A stretch of 63,701 bases of DNA. Source: Octopus bimaculoides (taxonomy: Eukaryota). The notes beneath the pieces are model-generated. The model did no database searches. It was not told the DNA's origin and was given only the letters and a program-made list of their open reading frames with translations. The stretch covers positions 8,200,278 to 8,263,978 of the forward strand of contig NC_069000.1 in the NCBI RefSeq assembly GCF_001194135.2, read 5' to 3'. A program made the position numbers and the translations under genes. The first letter of the stretch is position 1; every line of letters begins with the position of its first letter. Shown in pieces: positions 24,331 through 37,274 of this stretch.

Positions 24331-24564
24331 CCCCAGCAATTTTGTTCTACCGACTCCCAGTGTTTCTTTTTTATTTTTTATTGAATTTTCTTAATTATAC
24401 ACCTATGAATACGACATGTATCATTTTGTGTCAATCGAAATTTTTAGGTTTAAAACTTTAATGCGCGCGCTCTACCCACCACACGTTTGTATTTATGCAC
24501 AATCATACATGCTACACACTCGGGACGGAATACAATACTTGATATCTTTAAAAAACGTAGCACC

Positions 24565-24617
<53 letters not shown>

Positions 24618-24919
24618 AAACGCATGCATATATGTCGTTCACACGCAAACACATACACATATAGCATTCAAGTTTGTGTGTGTGTGCATANNNNNNNNNN
24701 NNNNNNNNNNNNNNNNNNNNNNNNNNNNNNNNNNNNNNNNNNNNNNNNNNNNNNNNNNNNNNNNNNNNNNNNNNNNNNNNNNNNNNNNNNNNNNNNNNNN
24801 NNNNNNNNNNNNNNNNNNNNNNNNNNNNNNNNNNNNNNNNNNNNNNNNNNNNNNNNNNNNNNNNNNNNNNNNNNNNNNNNNNNNNNNNNNNNNNNNNNNN
24901 NNNNNNNNNNNNNNNNNNN

Positions 24920-24952
<33 letters not shown>

Positions 24953-25680
24953 TATAGATATTTATATAAATCATAGGACACATTTATATATATTCTATCT
25001 ATATCACGTAAGGTATATATTATGTATACCACATATATCGTATTATTTATATATATATATATATATATATACGATATATATATACATATCATGTACATAT
25101 ATGTATATATCATTTGTACGTTATATGTATATATGTATATATATATATGCGTGTTGTGCACATGCATTTATATGTTAGCGTTGTCTTCGCCGAAATTAAG
25201 TGATGTGCCGTTAAAAGGTATCTCTTTCTTTGTTACTTTGATCCCTACATTAAATCGCTTGACAGGTAAATGTATGACTGGAACCTCCCTGGGCCCACAC
25301 CTCACTGTATGTGCAGGCCAACTGTTGATGTGTGAAATTCAACTATTTATCCCCATGACCATATATTAATACACGTGTGTCCCCAACTACGAAACCATAT
25401 ATGCACACACGTGTCTATGTAAATATTTGCACAGGTACACAGAAACCTTCTGCGTAATCTCACCACCTGTTAGAAACAGCAGCTAAATATTCCTCATGTT
25501 ACACCTTGAATAATGGAAAGGACACCTTACACATGTGCTCGACATACTCTTTCTACATCAAGACGGGGGTTGGCCACCAGTGGAAGGTCGTTGATCAAAG
25601 GTCTGCTCGATCAAGTCCCTCCTGAGGATAACAACAACATATGCAAACAACAAATACGCACTTGTTTTATACACACACAC

Positions 25681-25726
<46 letters not shown>

Positions 25727-26855
25727 TCGCAGAGACGCACACATATACATCCTGAAGCATGTGCGTGTTATATGAGCCGATATCTATCGATACAAAAATA
25801 TAATTACAATTTACATACATGCATACATACATACATACATACATACATACATACATACACACACATTTATATATATACATATATATATAAATATATATAA
25901 TATAAATCTATATATATATATATACGGATATATATATATATANNNNNNNNNNNNNNNNNNNNNNNNNNNNNNNNNNNNNNNNNNNNNNNNNNNNNNNNNN
26001 NNNNNNNNNNNNNNNNNNNNNNNNNNNNNNNNNNNNNNNNNNNNNNNNNNNNNNNNNNNNNNNNNNNNNNNNNNNNNNNNNNNNNNNNNNNNNNNNNNNN
26101 NNNNNNNNNNNNNNNNNNNNNNNNNNNNNNNNNNNNNNNNNNNNNNNNNNNNNNNNNNNNNNNNNNNNNNNNNNNNNNNNNNNNNNNNNNNNNNNNNNNN
26201 NNNNNNNNNNNNNNNNNNNNNNNNNNNNNNNNNNNNNNNNNNNNNNNNNNNNNNNNNNNNNNNNNNNNNNNNNNNNNNNNNNNNNNNNNNNNNNNNNNNN
26301 NNNNNNNNNNNNNNNNNNNNNNNNNNNNNNNNNNNNNNNNNNNNNNNNNNNNNNNNNNNNNNNNNNNNNNNNNNNNNNNNNNNNNNNNNNNNNNNNNNNN
26401 NNNNNNNNNNNNNNNNNNNNNNNNNNNNNNNNNNNNNNNNNNNNNNNNNNNNNNNNNNNNNNNNNNNNNNNNNNNNNNNNNNNNNNNNNNNNNNNNNNNN
26501 NNNNNNNNNNNNNNNNNNNNNNNNNNNNNNNNNNNNNNNNNNNNNNNNNNNNNNNNNNNNNNNNNNNNNNNNNNNNNNNNNNNNNNNNNNNNNNNNNNNN
26601 NNNNNNNNNNNNNNNNNNNNNNNNNNNNNNNNNNNNNNNNNNNNNNNNNNNNNNNNNNNNNNNNNNATATATATATATATATATATACATACGGTTGAAC
26701 GTGTACATAACTGTGTGTGCATGAGGTATGTAAATAGTTATATATATTGATGGGCGCCTACAGGTAGCGATAAAAATGTAAAAAAAAAAAAAAAAGCAAA
26801 ACAAAAAATGCCAGATTCTAAGGAGGTAATGAAAGCCAGGCATGAAGTGTCTTAC

Positions 26856-26890
26856 CTTTATCTTGGAGTTCTTCGGAGAAATGGATATTC
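26856..26890 (-). CDS. Candidate 35-nt exon (unknown protein)
   Basis: Strong donor AAG|GTAAGA; weak acceptor ATTGCGTCAG|; phase 2/1 reading xNIHFSEELQDKx. Confidence 0.3.
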
Positions 26891-27107
26891 CTGACGCAAT
26901 AGTTTTTTTCAACTCAAAAATGCATATACACACACATATATATATTCATCTATCTATAAATATATAGTATATATATATATATAGATATATATGGTGCTGC
27001 TATGTTATATATCCTGGAAACTTGCACAAAACATCAACATTCGAAATGTGACGCCATGTAAACAAATATAACTGTGTGTGTATGTGTATATATATATGTG
27101 TGTGCTG

Positions 27108-27151
<44 letters not shown>

Positions 27152-27877
27152 ATCGGTGTTTGTTAACTGACTTGTTGATAATAGCAGTGGTTTTGTGTGT
27201 GTGTATGCATAAACGTGTTTAGCTGTACAGGTACTTTTAATACAGATTTATATACAAATATGTGAGATAATAAATTTGCGTTCGTGTGCGTGTGTGTGTA
27301 TTTATGCTCTAGTGTGTCTATGCTGTTTTGTTATTAATGCGTATGTGTTTATATTCAAATATTATTATTATTATATAAACACATGCTTGTCTGTACATAT
27401 ATTTGTATTGTATGCATATGTATGCGTGTGTTTATATGTATATATAGCTATATAGGCATTCATGTGCATTTATCTAATTGATGTGTGTCTCTGTGTGCAT
27501 TTATGTGTGTGTGTGTCTGTGTGTGTGTCCTTTTAAACTTATTCACTTATAGATGCATGCAAACACATGCATATGTGTATATGCTTGTGCATATGTAAGC
27601 GTGTGTATATGTATATATATATATATATGTGTGTGTAAATGTATGTATAAGGTATGTATAAGATTAATTTCTACTTTTAATCAGTGTAAGTTTAGCTCAA
27701 GCACCATTTCAAAGAATTAACGAAAAAATAAAAAGGGAGAGTAAGTGATATTTCAGTGTAAGCCTCCGCTGGTATCGAAACACAATCCTATCGATACAGC
27801 TACCACCTTGTTGCTCCATCACGATTCATTTCTGAATCTATTTGATGATCGATCGCATCACAGGGATGCTGGTGTAT

Positions 27878-27940
27878 ACGTCACGCGCTGACATCACGTG
27901 ACCGACGCGCATAAAACAGCCCCTTTGAAGCCGTTCAGTT
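27878..27940 (+). promoter_or_regulatory. Compact CpG-rich promoter/enhancer-like element
   Basis: ACGTCA at 27878, TCACGTGAC E-box from 27894, CATAAAA at 27910 and Inr-like TCAGTT at 27935-27940, in unique sequence between microsatellites. Confidence 0.35.
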
Positions 27941-27967
27941 CCGTAAATGTCTTTCTGCGTGCAGGAG

Positions 27968-28003
<36 letters not shown>

Positions 28004-28294
28004 ATATTGATATGGGTGTGTGTGTGTGTGTGCATATTGATATGTGTGCTCGTGCGCGCATATTCGCGCAGCCAATTTTTGTACGTATGCAAGTATGTAT
28101 GTGTGCATATGTGTGTGTATGTGTATCTGCGTGTATGTGTGTGGTGGTATTTGTTTGTGTGCGCGCACAGTTTTCTGTATTTATATGTATACGAATCAAA
28201 ACACACACCTGAACACAAATTCACTCCATATTCACACGCACATACACTAATACAAACATATATACACATAATCGCACACATTCATACTTATACA

Positions 28295-28335
<41 letters not shown>

Positions 28336-28473
28336 CATACATGCCCATACTCAGATCAGGCTCTTTAATTACAGGCTATTGTATGTATACGAGTGTGTGC
28401 GTGTGTATACATGTGTGTGCATGTATACATGTGCGCACGAGATAAGATATATGGATGTGTATGGATTTTTGTT

Positions 28474-28514
<41 letters not shown>

Positions 28515-28524
28515 NNNNNNNNNN

Positions 28525-28559
<35 letters not shown>

Positions 28560-28741
28560 TAGATACATTTGTCATGCATATTTATGTGTATAATACCTAT
28601 TTATGTATGAATTATATGCGTGTGCATGTATGTATATATGTATGTATATATTTGTATGATTTACAGGAATATCTATTTATAATATATGTAGGTGTATGCA
28701 TAGATGTGTATTACGTAGGAATATATATACACATATATATG

Positions 28742-28783
<42 letters not shown>

Positions 28784-28959
28784 TATACTGTATGTGTGGG
28801 TGTATATAATATATACTTTTGTTATTTACACCACCTGTCCTCGTCTGTTGTTATTTTTTGTATATTCTCCCATATATATATACTTATGTATACTGTATAT
28901 AGATATACGTGTGTATACGCATACTATATATATATATAATATTATTGTTATTATTATTA

Positions 28960-29425
28960 ATATGGCGGCGGGCTGGACGGAATGCTTAGCGGTATTTCGC
29001 CCATCGCTACGTTCTGAGTTCAAATTCCACCGAGGTCAACTTTGACTTTCATCCTTTCGGGGTCGATTAAATAGGTACCAGTAAAACACTGGGGTCGATG
29101 TAATCGACTGCCACCCCCCCACCCCCCAAAAAATTTCAGGCCTTGCGTCTTTAATAGAAAGGATTATTATTATTATTATTATTATACACATACATCAATA
29201 TACATTATATATAAGGCGGTGAGCTGGCAGGGACGTTAGCACGCCGGGCGAAATGCTTAGCGGTATTTCGTCTCTCTTTACGTCCTGAGTTCAAATTCCG
29301 CCGAGGTCGACTTTGCCTTTCATCGTTTCGGGCTCGATAAATTAAGTGCCAGTTGCGTACTGGGGTCGATCTGATAGACTGGCTCCCTCCCCCAAAATTT
29401 CGGGCCTTGTGCCTAGAGTAGAAAA
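28960..29425 (+). mobile_element. Two tandem SINE family A copies (second near-consensus)
   Basis: AAGGCGGTGAGCTGGCAGGGACGTTAGCACGCCGGGCGAAATGCTTAGCGG...GAGTTCAAATTCCGCCGAGGTCGAC from about 29213. Confidence 0.88.
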
Positions 29426-29460
29426 AAAAAAAACATTTTATATAACTATGCACACATACT

Positions 29461-29496
<36 letters not shown>

Positions 29497-29679
29497 ACGC
29501 ACGCGCGCGTGTATACGTATATACGGGCACATAAAATCAAAAGGTAGAGAGACTTGTGCATTATCAACATTCGTCATTTACTGGGAATGTCCCTGTAAAA
29601 ATGTGCATTTAAAATGACACACGCAAGCACTGTTGGCAACTGATAACACACACACAGATACACACGCATACACGCACCA

Positions 29680-29719
<40 letters not shown>

Positions 29720-30048
29720 CGATATATAGTCATGAGCACATATATACACATATGCACACACATATACACACCTGTAGTGGTTTTAAAATGGTGCTTTCGT
29801 GCGAACATTGATATTAAATGTTCCTTAATGGCTACCCCTCCTCACCCTTCCTGCTATGTATCTCTCCCCCACCCCACTCGTCTCTATCATATATCTACCT
29901 TTCTATACCTCCCTCCCATAGACTATTTACTCCCTCTCTTTCATTCATTCATCTTCCTCTGTTTCTCCACAACTCACACACACACACACACACGCACTTA
30001 CTTACACATACACGCACTCGCAAACTTCCCCACATTAGATTCTTACAT

Positions 30049-30083
<35 letters not shown>

Positions 30084-30557
30084 TTCACAGACACACAGGC
30101 ACACACATTGGAAAGCGTACAGGTACACCTACACAAATTAATAGATATACACACGAACGCATTAAGACTCATAGACACATACGTTAACAGAAACACATTC
30201 ATACACATTAGACATACTTATTCACATATACATTATTAAACACACGCGCTCACACATTATTAGACATACGCCAAACACATTAAAATAATCACACGCACAC
30301 ATTGTCATACGCACACAAACACACACACACACTGTCATACGTACAAACATTTTTAGGTATACGCAAACATTTTTAACAGAAACGAGCATACACAATAATA
30401 CACACACACATACATACATTAACAGAAAAACACATTAGCACACACGCACATTAATAGACACAAACACTAATAGGCAGGCAATCACACGTACGCATTCATT
30501 CACACACGCACACACACGTACGCATTCATTCACGCACGCACGCACACACACACACGC

Positions 30558-30642
<85 letters not shown>

Positions 30643-30766
30643 CTCACACGCGCATTGTTTCTCTCTTTCTTCACTCTCCCTCGCTAACTCTGGAACCGAT
30701 CTCAAAATAATTCCCCGCCCCCATCCTTCAACAGTTCGGTGAACAGAGTAAAGAAAGATGACTTAC

Positions 30767-30808
30767 TCTGGAGAGAAAACTAGTCTATCTGAAATAATGG
30801 TCTCTCTC
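30767..30808 (-). CDS. Candidate 42-nt exon, phase 2/2 (unknown protein)
   Basis: CTGTCTGTCTGTCATAG| ... AGA|GTAAGT (consensus donor); single open frame xRETIISDRLVFSPx. Confidence 0.33.
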
Positions 30809-32109
30809 CTATGACAGACAGACAGGTACTATACAGAAGAAAATGGTCTGCTGCAGAAATACAATTGAGATATATTCCACCCCTGCATAAGACGCCAGTC
30901 TCTCAAAAATAACATTCCCCAGATGATATAAAATGAAGTATTTCTCCTTAAGCAGGACACTTCTCCTTCCTCTTCCATACATACAAAAAAAATACACCAC
31001 ATATTTCTACCTTGTTTAGACAGATTTACTGTATCTGGTTTTGCTAACACATTTATGCAACAGCGCTAAAACATTTCGACCTAAATCCTCTTGACGTTAT
31101 AACTCCTTCCGCATCTCGCTATGATCCCCGACTAAATCCATTGCCTCCTCCTCCTCAGCAATGCTACTGGCATTCAACAACTCACAGCAAACCGTCCTAA
31201 CCTTTCTCAAAGATTTAAGCTATTGTAGATCCTCTTTAAGTAATACTAGATGTGAGTTGGAGAAAAGAATTGGGGGTCGTCAGAATTAAGTGTCAGAACT
31301 AATATATCGAGTATGTGGAGGGGTTTAGAACTGATTCTCAGCCATTTTTTGCCCATGGATCTCTGATTCTTACTTTACTCAGGGGTTGGCCGTCATAGCC
31401 ATTTAATGTTTAAAAAATCTTGTTATACTTTTATAATTAAATATTAGGGATTGTATAAAAAAATGCTTAATTATGTGTATTGTAGATCAGCTGGAACCTT
31501 CGTCGTTGTAACCGACGGGGTGCCAGCAAATAGGTTACAGACATTACTCTGCATCGATAGTCAACGCCTTGAACTTAGCAAACGCGAAAAATTTCTTTAG
31601 AACCAGCTTATTGCACAAAAATTTTAAAAACAAAATCTTATATGGATGGCTGTTGAAAACCACTGGTTTAGAACAAAGCTATTAATTCTACTGTGAAATT
31701 TGGTGGGATATATATGGATTAGTTGTTTGGAATTAACGCGTTCTGGTTTCGTTATGGCCATTAAATGGATCTCCATCAATCTCGACAATGATAATCCCGC
31801 TTGTTCGATCAAGCGAAATGGCTACGCGTTGAATTAGCGTGTAAGCGGTTGGCTGGGTATTCCATAGACATGTGTAGCCTGACGTAATACTTAAACCGAA
31901 TCTAAGGTTGAATCCGTCCGATGTGTTTCGACATAGTTTCTGTCTCCTTGATTTCTTTCAAATGTCTTATGTCGAACCGAGCAAATGGTAAAACACGCTC
32001 AGCCACAGGGCCACGCAAAGACACCACACTAATAACCTTACGATTAACAAGCGAAATTTTTAACCACTTCCCTGCCATGTTTGCGTCCGGTTTTGTATCC
32101 GGCTACAAT

Positions 32110-32423
32110 GAAGGCATCGTAGCTAGCGTATTCCGCTCGCAGTCATAAGGTCGTGAGTTCGATTCCTGACGGCGCGTTGTGTCCTTGAGCAAGACACTTT
32201 AGTTCACGTTACTCTTGTTCATTCAGCTGGCAAAAACGAGTTGTGCTTGTAATTCAAAGAGGAAGCCTTGTTACATTCTGTGTCACGCTGAATCTCCTTG
32301 AGAATTACGTTAAGGGTACACGTGTCTGTGGAGTGCTCAGCCACTTGCATGTTACTTTCACAAGCAGGCTGTTCCGTTGATCGGATCAGCTGGAACCTTC
32401 GTCGTCGTAAGCGACGGGGTGCC
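32110..32423 (+). mobile_element. Near full-length SINE family C
   Basis: B-box GAGTTCGATTCC, GTGTCCTTGAGCAAGACACTT, tail CTGGAACCTTCGTCGTCGTAAGCGACGGGGTGCC. Confidence 0.85.
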
Positions 32424-32659
32424 TGTAATTAGGTTACAGACATTACACTGTATCGATAGGCAACACCTTGAACTGTTCCGATCAATTTTGCGAGCAAATA
32501 CGGAAGATTTCTTTATTTACTCTCACATTAACATTTATTTTTTTTACAAGCGGTTCTCTTTTCACTCAACTGAAATATTTTAAAATTCCGCTGAAGTAAA
32601 ATTTGACTCGGTAATATTGATTTCAAATTTCGGCACAAGGCCAGCACTTTCGAGGGGTG

Positions 32660-33040
32660 GGGTTCCAAAGTGGGTGGTATGCCCCCCCCCCCGGGGGGCG
32701 GCGGAAAGTTCCAAGGGGACGTTGAAGAAAAGTAGGGCGATAATGGGGTAGCGATTCATGTGAAAAGTGGGATGATAATGGGGGAGCAATTCATGTAAAA
32801 AGTGGGGCGATAATTNNNNNNNNNNNNNNNNNNNNNNNNNNNNNGGGGGGGGGGGGTCGATTCGTGTAAAAACAACAAAATAATGGGTTGATTAGGTTAA
32901 GTTTTATTTGTGAAATACAGTTGCTTTGAATTTGTTTCAGAAAGAGGTTTATGTTTGTGATCGTTAGCTGGGGTGGGGGTACTAGCAATGTGGGGTGGGT
33001 GTCAAGGGGGCAGCAGCCGGAAAAAGTTTGGGAACCACTG
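32660..33040. mobile_element. hAT-type MITE with internal ~31-bp repeats
   Basis: Left end GGGGTTCCAAAGTGGG and right end AAGTTTGGGAACCACTG (CAGTGGTTCCCAAAC-type TIR); internal AAAAGTGGG..GATAATGGGG..GC.ATTCATGT units. Confidence 0.55.
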
Positions 33041-33059
33041 GGTTAAGTTGATAACATCC

Positions 33060-34075
33060 ATCCCACTGAAATGGTGAAAGGCAAAGTCGACCCCAGAAGC
33101 ATTTGAACTCAGAACGTGAAGACAGACGAAATGCCGCTAAACATTTTGCTCGGCGTGCTAGCAATACAATCTGACTCGGTAATATTATAGGACACAGGAA
33201 GGCGGCGAGCTGGCAAAAACGTTAGCACACCGGGCGAAATGCTTAGCTGTATTTCACCTTTCGAGGTTGATAAATTAAGTATCAGTTGCGTACTAGGGTC
33301 GACCTAATCGACTGACTTCCTCTCCCCAAATTTCGGGCCTTGTGCCTAGAGTAGAAAAGAATATTCTCAGACAGGATTTACTAATACCTAATTCAAAAGT
33401 CGTATGGAGATATTCAAGCTGTATGTAGATAGATTGCATAGACACAGTGTATCGATGCTGATTAGATAGACAGACGGTGATTAGATGCTGACTAGATAAT
33501 GTATAGATGCGGACTAGATAGATAGTCAACATCTACATATTATCCTATCTGATCAACGTTTACACGCTATCAGTCTAGTCAACGCCTAAGGCGGTGAATT
33601 GGCTGAATTAATAAAACTGACTATATTGGTTTCAAATTTTGACACAAGGCCAGCAGTTTCGGGTAGGGCTGTCGAGTCCATCAACCTCAGTATATGACCG
33701 GTACTTATTTTATCGACCCCGAAAGGATGAAAGGCAAAACAAAAGGATGAAAGGCAAAGTCAACCTCAGCGGAATTTGAACTCAGAACGTAAAGACGGAC
33801 GAAATGCTGTTAAGCATTTTGTGTGGTATGCTAACGATTCTTATTTCTTTATTGCCCACAATCGGCTAAAAATGGAGGGGACAAACAAGGACAGACAAAG
33901 GGATTAAGTCGATTACATCGACCCCAGTGCGTAACTGGTACTTAATTTATCGACCCCGGAAGGATGAAAGGCAAAGTCGACCTCGGCGGAATTTGAACTC
34001 AGAACGTAACGACAGACGAAATACCGGCAAGCATTTTGCCCGGCGAGCTAACGATTCTGCCAGCCGACCGCCTAA
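33060..34075. mobile_element. Family A SINE cluster in mixed orientation
   Basis: Copies at about 33060-33165 (-), 33198-33365 (+), 33620-33840 (-) and 33905-34075 (-). Confidence 0.85.
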
Positions 34076-34163
34076 GATGATGGCGTGACAGCGTTAGATG
34101 TTGACTTGGTAGATAATTTGTAGATGTTGACAAATTAGACGGCATGTAGCTGTTGACTGAATA

Positions 34164-35130
34164 GATACGGTGTTTAGCTGTTGACTGGATAGACGATACG
34201 GTGTTTAGCTGTTGACTGGATAGACGATACGGTGTTTAGCTGTTGACTGGATAGACGATACGGTGTTTAGCTGTTGACTGGATGGACGATACGGTGTTTA
34301 GCTGTTGACTGGATAGACTATACGGTGTTTAGCTGTTGACTGGATGNNNNNNNNNNNNNNNNNNNNNNNNNNNNNNNNNNNNNNNNNNNNNNNNNNNNNN
34401 NNNNNNNNNNNNNNNNNNNNNNNNNNNNNNNNNNNNNNNNNNNNNNNNNNNNNNNNNNNNNNNNNNNNNNNNNNNNNNNNNNNNNNNNNNNNNNNNNNNN
34501 NNNNNNNNNNNNNNNNNNNNNNNNNNNNNNNNNNNNNNNNNNNNNNNNNNNNNNNNNNNNNNNNNNNNNNNNNNNNNNNNNNNNNNNNNNNNNNNNNNNN
34601 NNNNNNNNNNNNNNNNNNNNNNNNNNNNNNNNNNNNNNNNNNNNNNNNNNNNNNNNNNNNNNNNNNNNNNNNNNNNNNNNNNNNNNNNNNNNNNNNNNNN
34701 NNNNNNNNNNNNNNNNNNNNNNNNNNNNNNNNNNNNNNNNNNNNNNNNNNNNNNNNNNNNNNNNNNNNNNNNNNNNNNNNNNNNNNNNNNNNNNNNNNNN
34801 NNNNNNNNNNNNNNNNNNNNNNNNNNNNNNNNNNNNNNNNNNNNNNNNNNNNNNNNNNNNNNNNNNNNNNNNNNNNNNNNNNNNNNNNNNNNNNNNNNNN
34901 NNNNNATAGACGATACGGTGTTTAGCTGTTGACTGGATAGACGATACGGTGTTTAGCTGTTGACTGGATAGACGATACGGTGTTTAGCTGTTGACTGGAT
35001 GGACGATACGGTGTTTAGCTGTTGACTGGATGGACGATACGGTGTTTAGCTGTTGACTGGATAGACTATACGGTGTTTAGCTGTTGACTGGATAGACGAT
35101 ACGGTGTTTAGCTGTTGACCGGATAGATAC
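34164..35130. repeat. 31-bp minisatellite GATACGGTGTTTAGCTGTTGACTGGATAGAC, interrupted by an N-gap
   Basis: Period of 31 confirmed at 34195, 34226 and 34257; the array continues on both sides of the gap 34347-34905. Confidence 0.95.
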
Positions 35131-35260
35131 AGTGTTTTAACGATACCTTTTGATCGAATTTCTACCCGCTTCCCCTTTTTTCCTTCTCTTCCCAAAAAGA
35201 AAAGCTCTACTTTGTATTTTGTCCTCTCTCTGTTCAGCCCTGTGTAGCCAATAAAGAAAC

Positions 35261-35291
<31 letters not shown>

Positions 35292-35391
35292 AACTTTTTT
35301 CTCTCTCCTGCTTGCACTTTTTTTCTCTATCCTTTTCTTTCTTACATCCCTTCTCTTTTCACGTACGCACTTATGCACACATGCTTCCATA

Positions 35392-35526
35392 TACAATGGG
35401 GTGCTGTGAAGTTTCCGGCTTTGAGTAAAAGAAACCCCAGGAGGATAAGTTAATTATGATTTTATTCAACGTATTCCCCTTTCAGATTCACAAACTTATT
35501 CCAGCAGTCCTTCAGTTTTAAGTCCT
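35392..35526 (+). mobile_element. Mariner-type MITE end, cut by an assembly gap
   Basis: Starts TACAATGGGGTGCTGTGAAGTTTCCGGCTTTGAG, resembling mariner TIR starts (TA-C..GGGGTGCTGAAAAGTT); the other end is not visible. Confidence 0.5.
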
Positions 35527-35693
35527 NNNNNNNNNNNNNNNNNNNNNNNNNNNNNNNNNNNNNNNNNNNNNNNNNNNNNNNNNNNNNNNNNNNNNNNNNN
35601 NNNNNNNNNNNNNNNNNNNNNNNNNNNNNNNNNNNNNNNNNNNNNNNNNNNNNNNNNNNNNNNNNNNNNNNNNNNNNNNNNNNNNNNNNNNNN

Positions 35694-35845
35694 GGCGGGC
35701 TTCTTTCAGTTTTCGTCTGTCAAATTCCTTCACGAGGCTTTGGTTGGCCCGACGCTATAGAAGACACCCAAGGTGCCACACAGTGGCACTTAACCTGGAA
35801 CCATGTGGTTGGGAAGCAAGCTTCTTACCACACAGCCACGTCTGT
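35694..35845 (-). mobile_element. SINE family B
   Basis: Plus strand GGGCTTCTTTCAGTTTTCGTC...CCCAAGGTGCCAC...GAACCATGTGGTTGGGAAGCAAGCTTCTTACCACACAGCCAC. Confidence 0.85.
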
Positions 35846-36343
35846 GCCTATATATATATATATATATATGGGCGTGTATATATAGGTATGTATAAGTATA
35901 TATGTAAGCATATGTATATATATGTACACATGTGTATCTATGTGTATATATGTATATACTTATCTTTGTATATATATTTATATAGCCGTCTGTGTCTATT
36001 CAGGTGTGTGTATATACAAATGTGTATAGGTGTATAAAATGAACTTGTTTTCCTTCATGAAATACACCACATGCAATACCTGCCTGTAACGTTTATTTCT
36101 TAATAAAGATAAATAAAACATCTCTGGATATAAATCTTGCCACGTTTGTTTTTTACTGCTCGAGACAGCTGCAAAGATTGTTCGTATTACATGTTGCATG
36201 TACATACTACATGTTACGACATGTGAGATGGACTACATACTACACACTACATGTACTCGGCTTCAGATGAATGGCTCTGATTGTTAACATTTGCAGGCGC
36301 TGCTCAAGGATAATCTATATAACTTACAAATAAACATTTACAC

Positions 36344-36421
<78 letters not shown>

Positions 36422-37190
36422 NNNNNNNNNNNNNNNNNNNNNNNNNNNNNNNNNNNNNNNNNNNNNNNNNNNNNNNNNNNNNNNNNNNNNNNNNNNNNNN
36501 NNNNNNNNNNNNNNNNNNNNNNNNNNNNNNNNNNNNNNNNNNNNNNNNNNNNNNNNNNNNNNNNNNNNNNNNNNNNNNNNNNNNNNNNNNNNNNNNNNNN
36601 NNNNNNNNNNNNNNNNNNNNNNNNNNNNNNNNNNNNNNNNNNNNNNNNNNNNNNNNNNNNNNNNNNNNNNNNNNNNNNNNNNNNNNNNNNNNNNNNNNNN
36701 NNNNNNNNNNNNNNNNNNNNNNNNNNNNNNNNNNNNNNNNNNNNNNNNNNNNNNNNNNNNNNNNNNNNNNNNNNNNNNNNNNNNNNNNNNNNNNNNNNNN
36801 NNNNNNNNNNNNNNNNNNNNNNNNNNNNNNNNNNNNNNNNNNNNNNNNNNNNNNNNNNNNNNNNNNNNNNNNNNNNNNNNNNNNNNNNNNNNNNNNNNNN
36901 NNNNNNNNNNNNNNNNNNNNNNNNNNNNNNNNNNNNNNNNNNNNNNNNNNNNNNNNNNNNNNNNNNNNNNNNNNNNNNNNNNNNNNNNNNNNNNNNNNNN
37001 NNNNNNNNNNNNNNNNNNNNNNNNNNNNNNNNNNNNNNNNNNNNNNNNNNNNNNNNNNNNNNNNNNNNNNNNNNNNNNNNNNNNNNNNNNNNNNNNNNNN
37101 NNNNNNNNNNNNNNNNNNNNNNNNNNNNNNNNNNNNNNNNNNNNNNNNNNNNNNNNNNNNNNNNNNNNNNNNNNNNNNNNNNNNNNNNNN

Positions 37191-37229
<39 letters not shown>

Positions 37230-37241
37230 CATGTGTGAGCA

Positions 37242-37274
<33 letters not shown>

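Noticed and set aside
25558-25621. Minus-strand acceptor TTATCCTCAG| with RDLIEQTFDQRP...
   Set aside because: Two frames stop within 10 codons, and the longest open frame needs phase 2, incompatible with the phase-1 end of the upstream candidate.
34164-35130. CRISPR-like appearance of the 31-bp repeats
   Set aside because: Units are contiguous with no unique spacers, there are no cas genes, and the context is eukaryotic.
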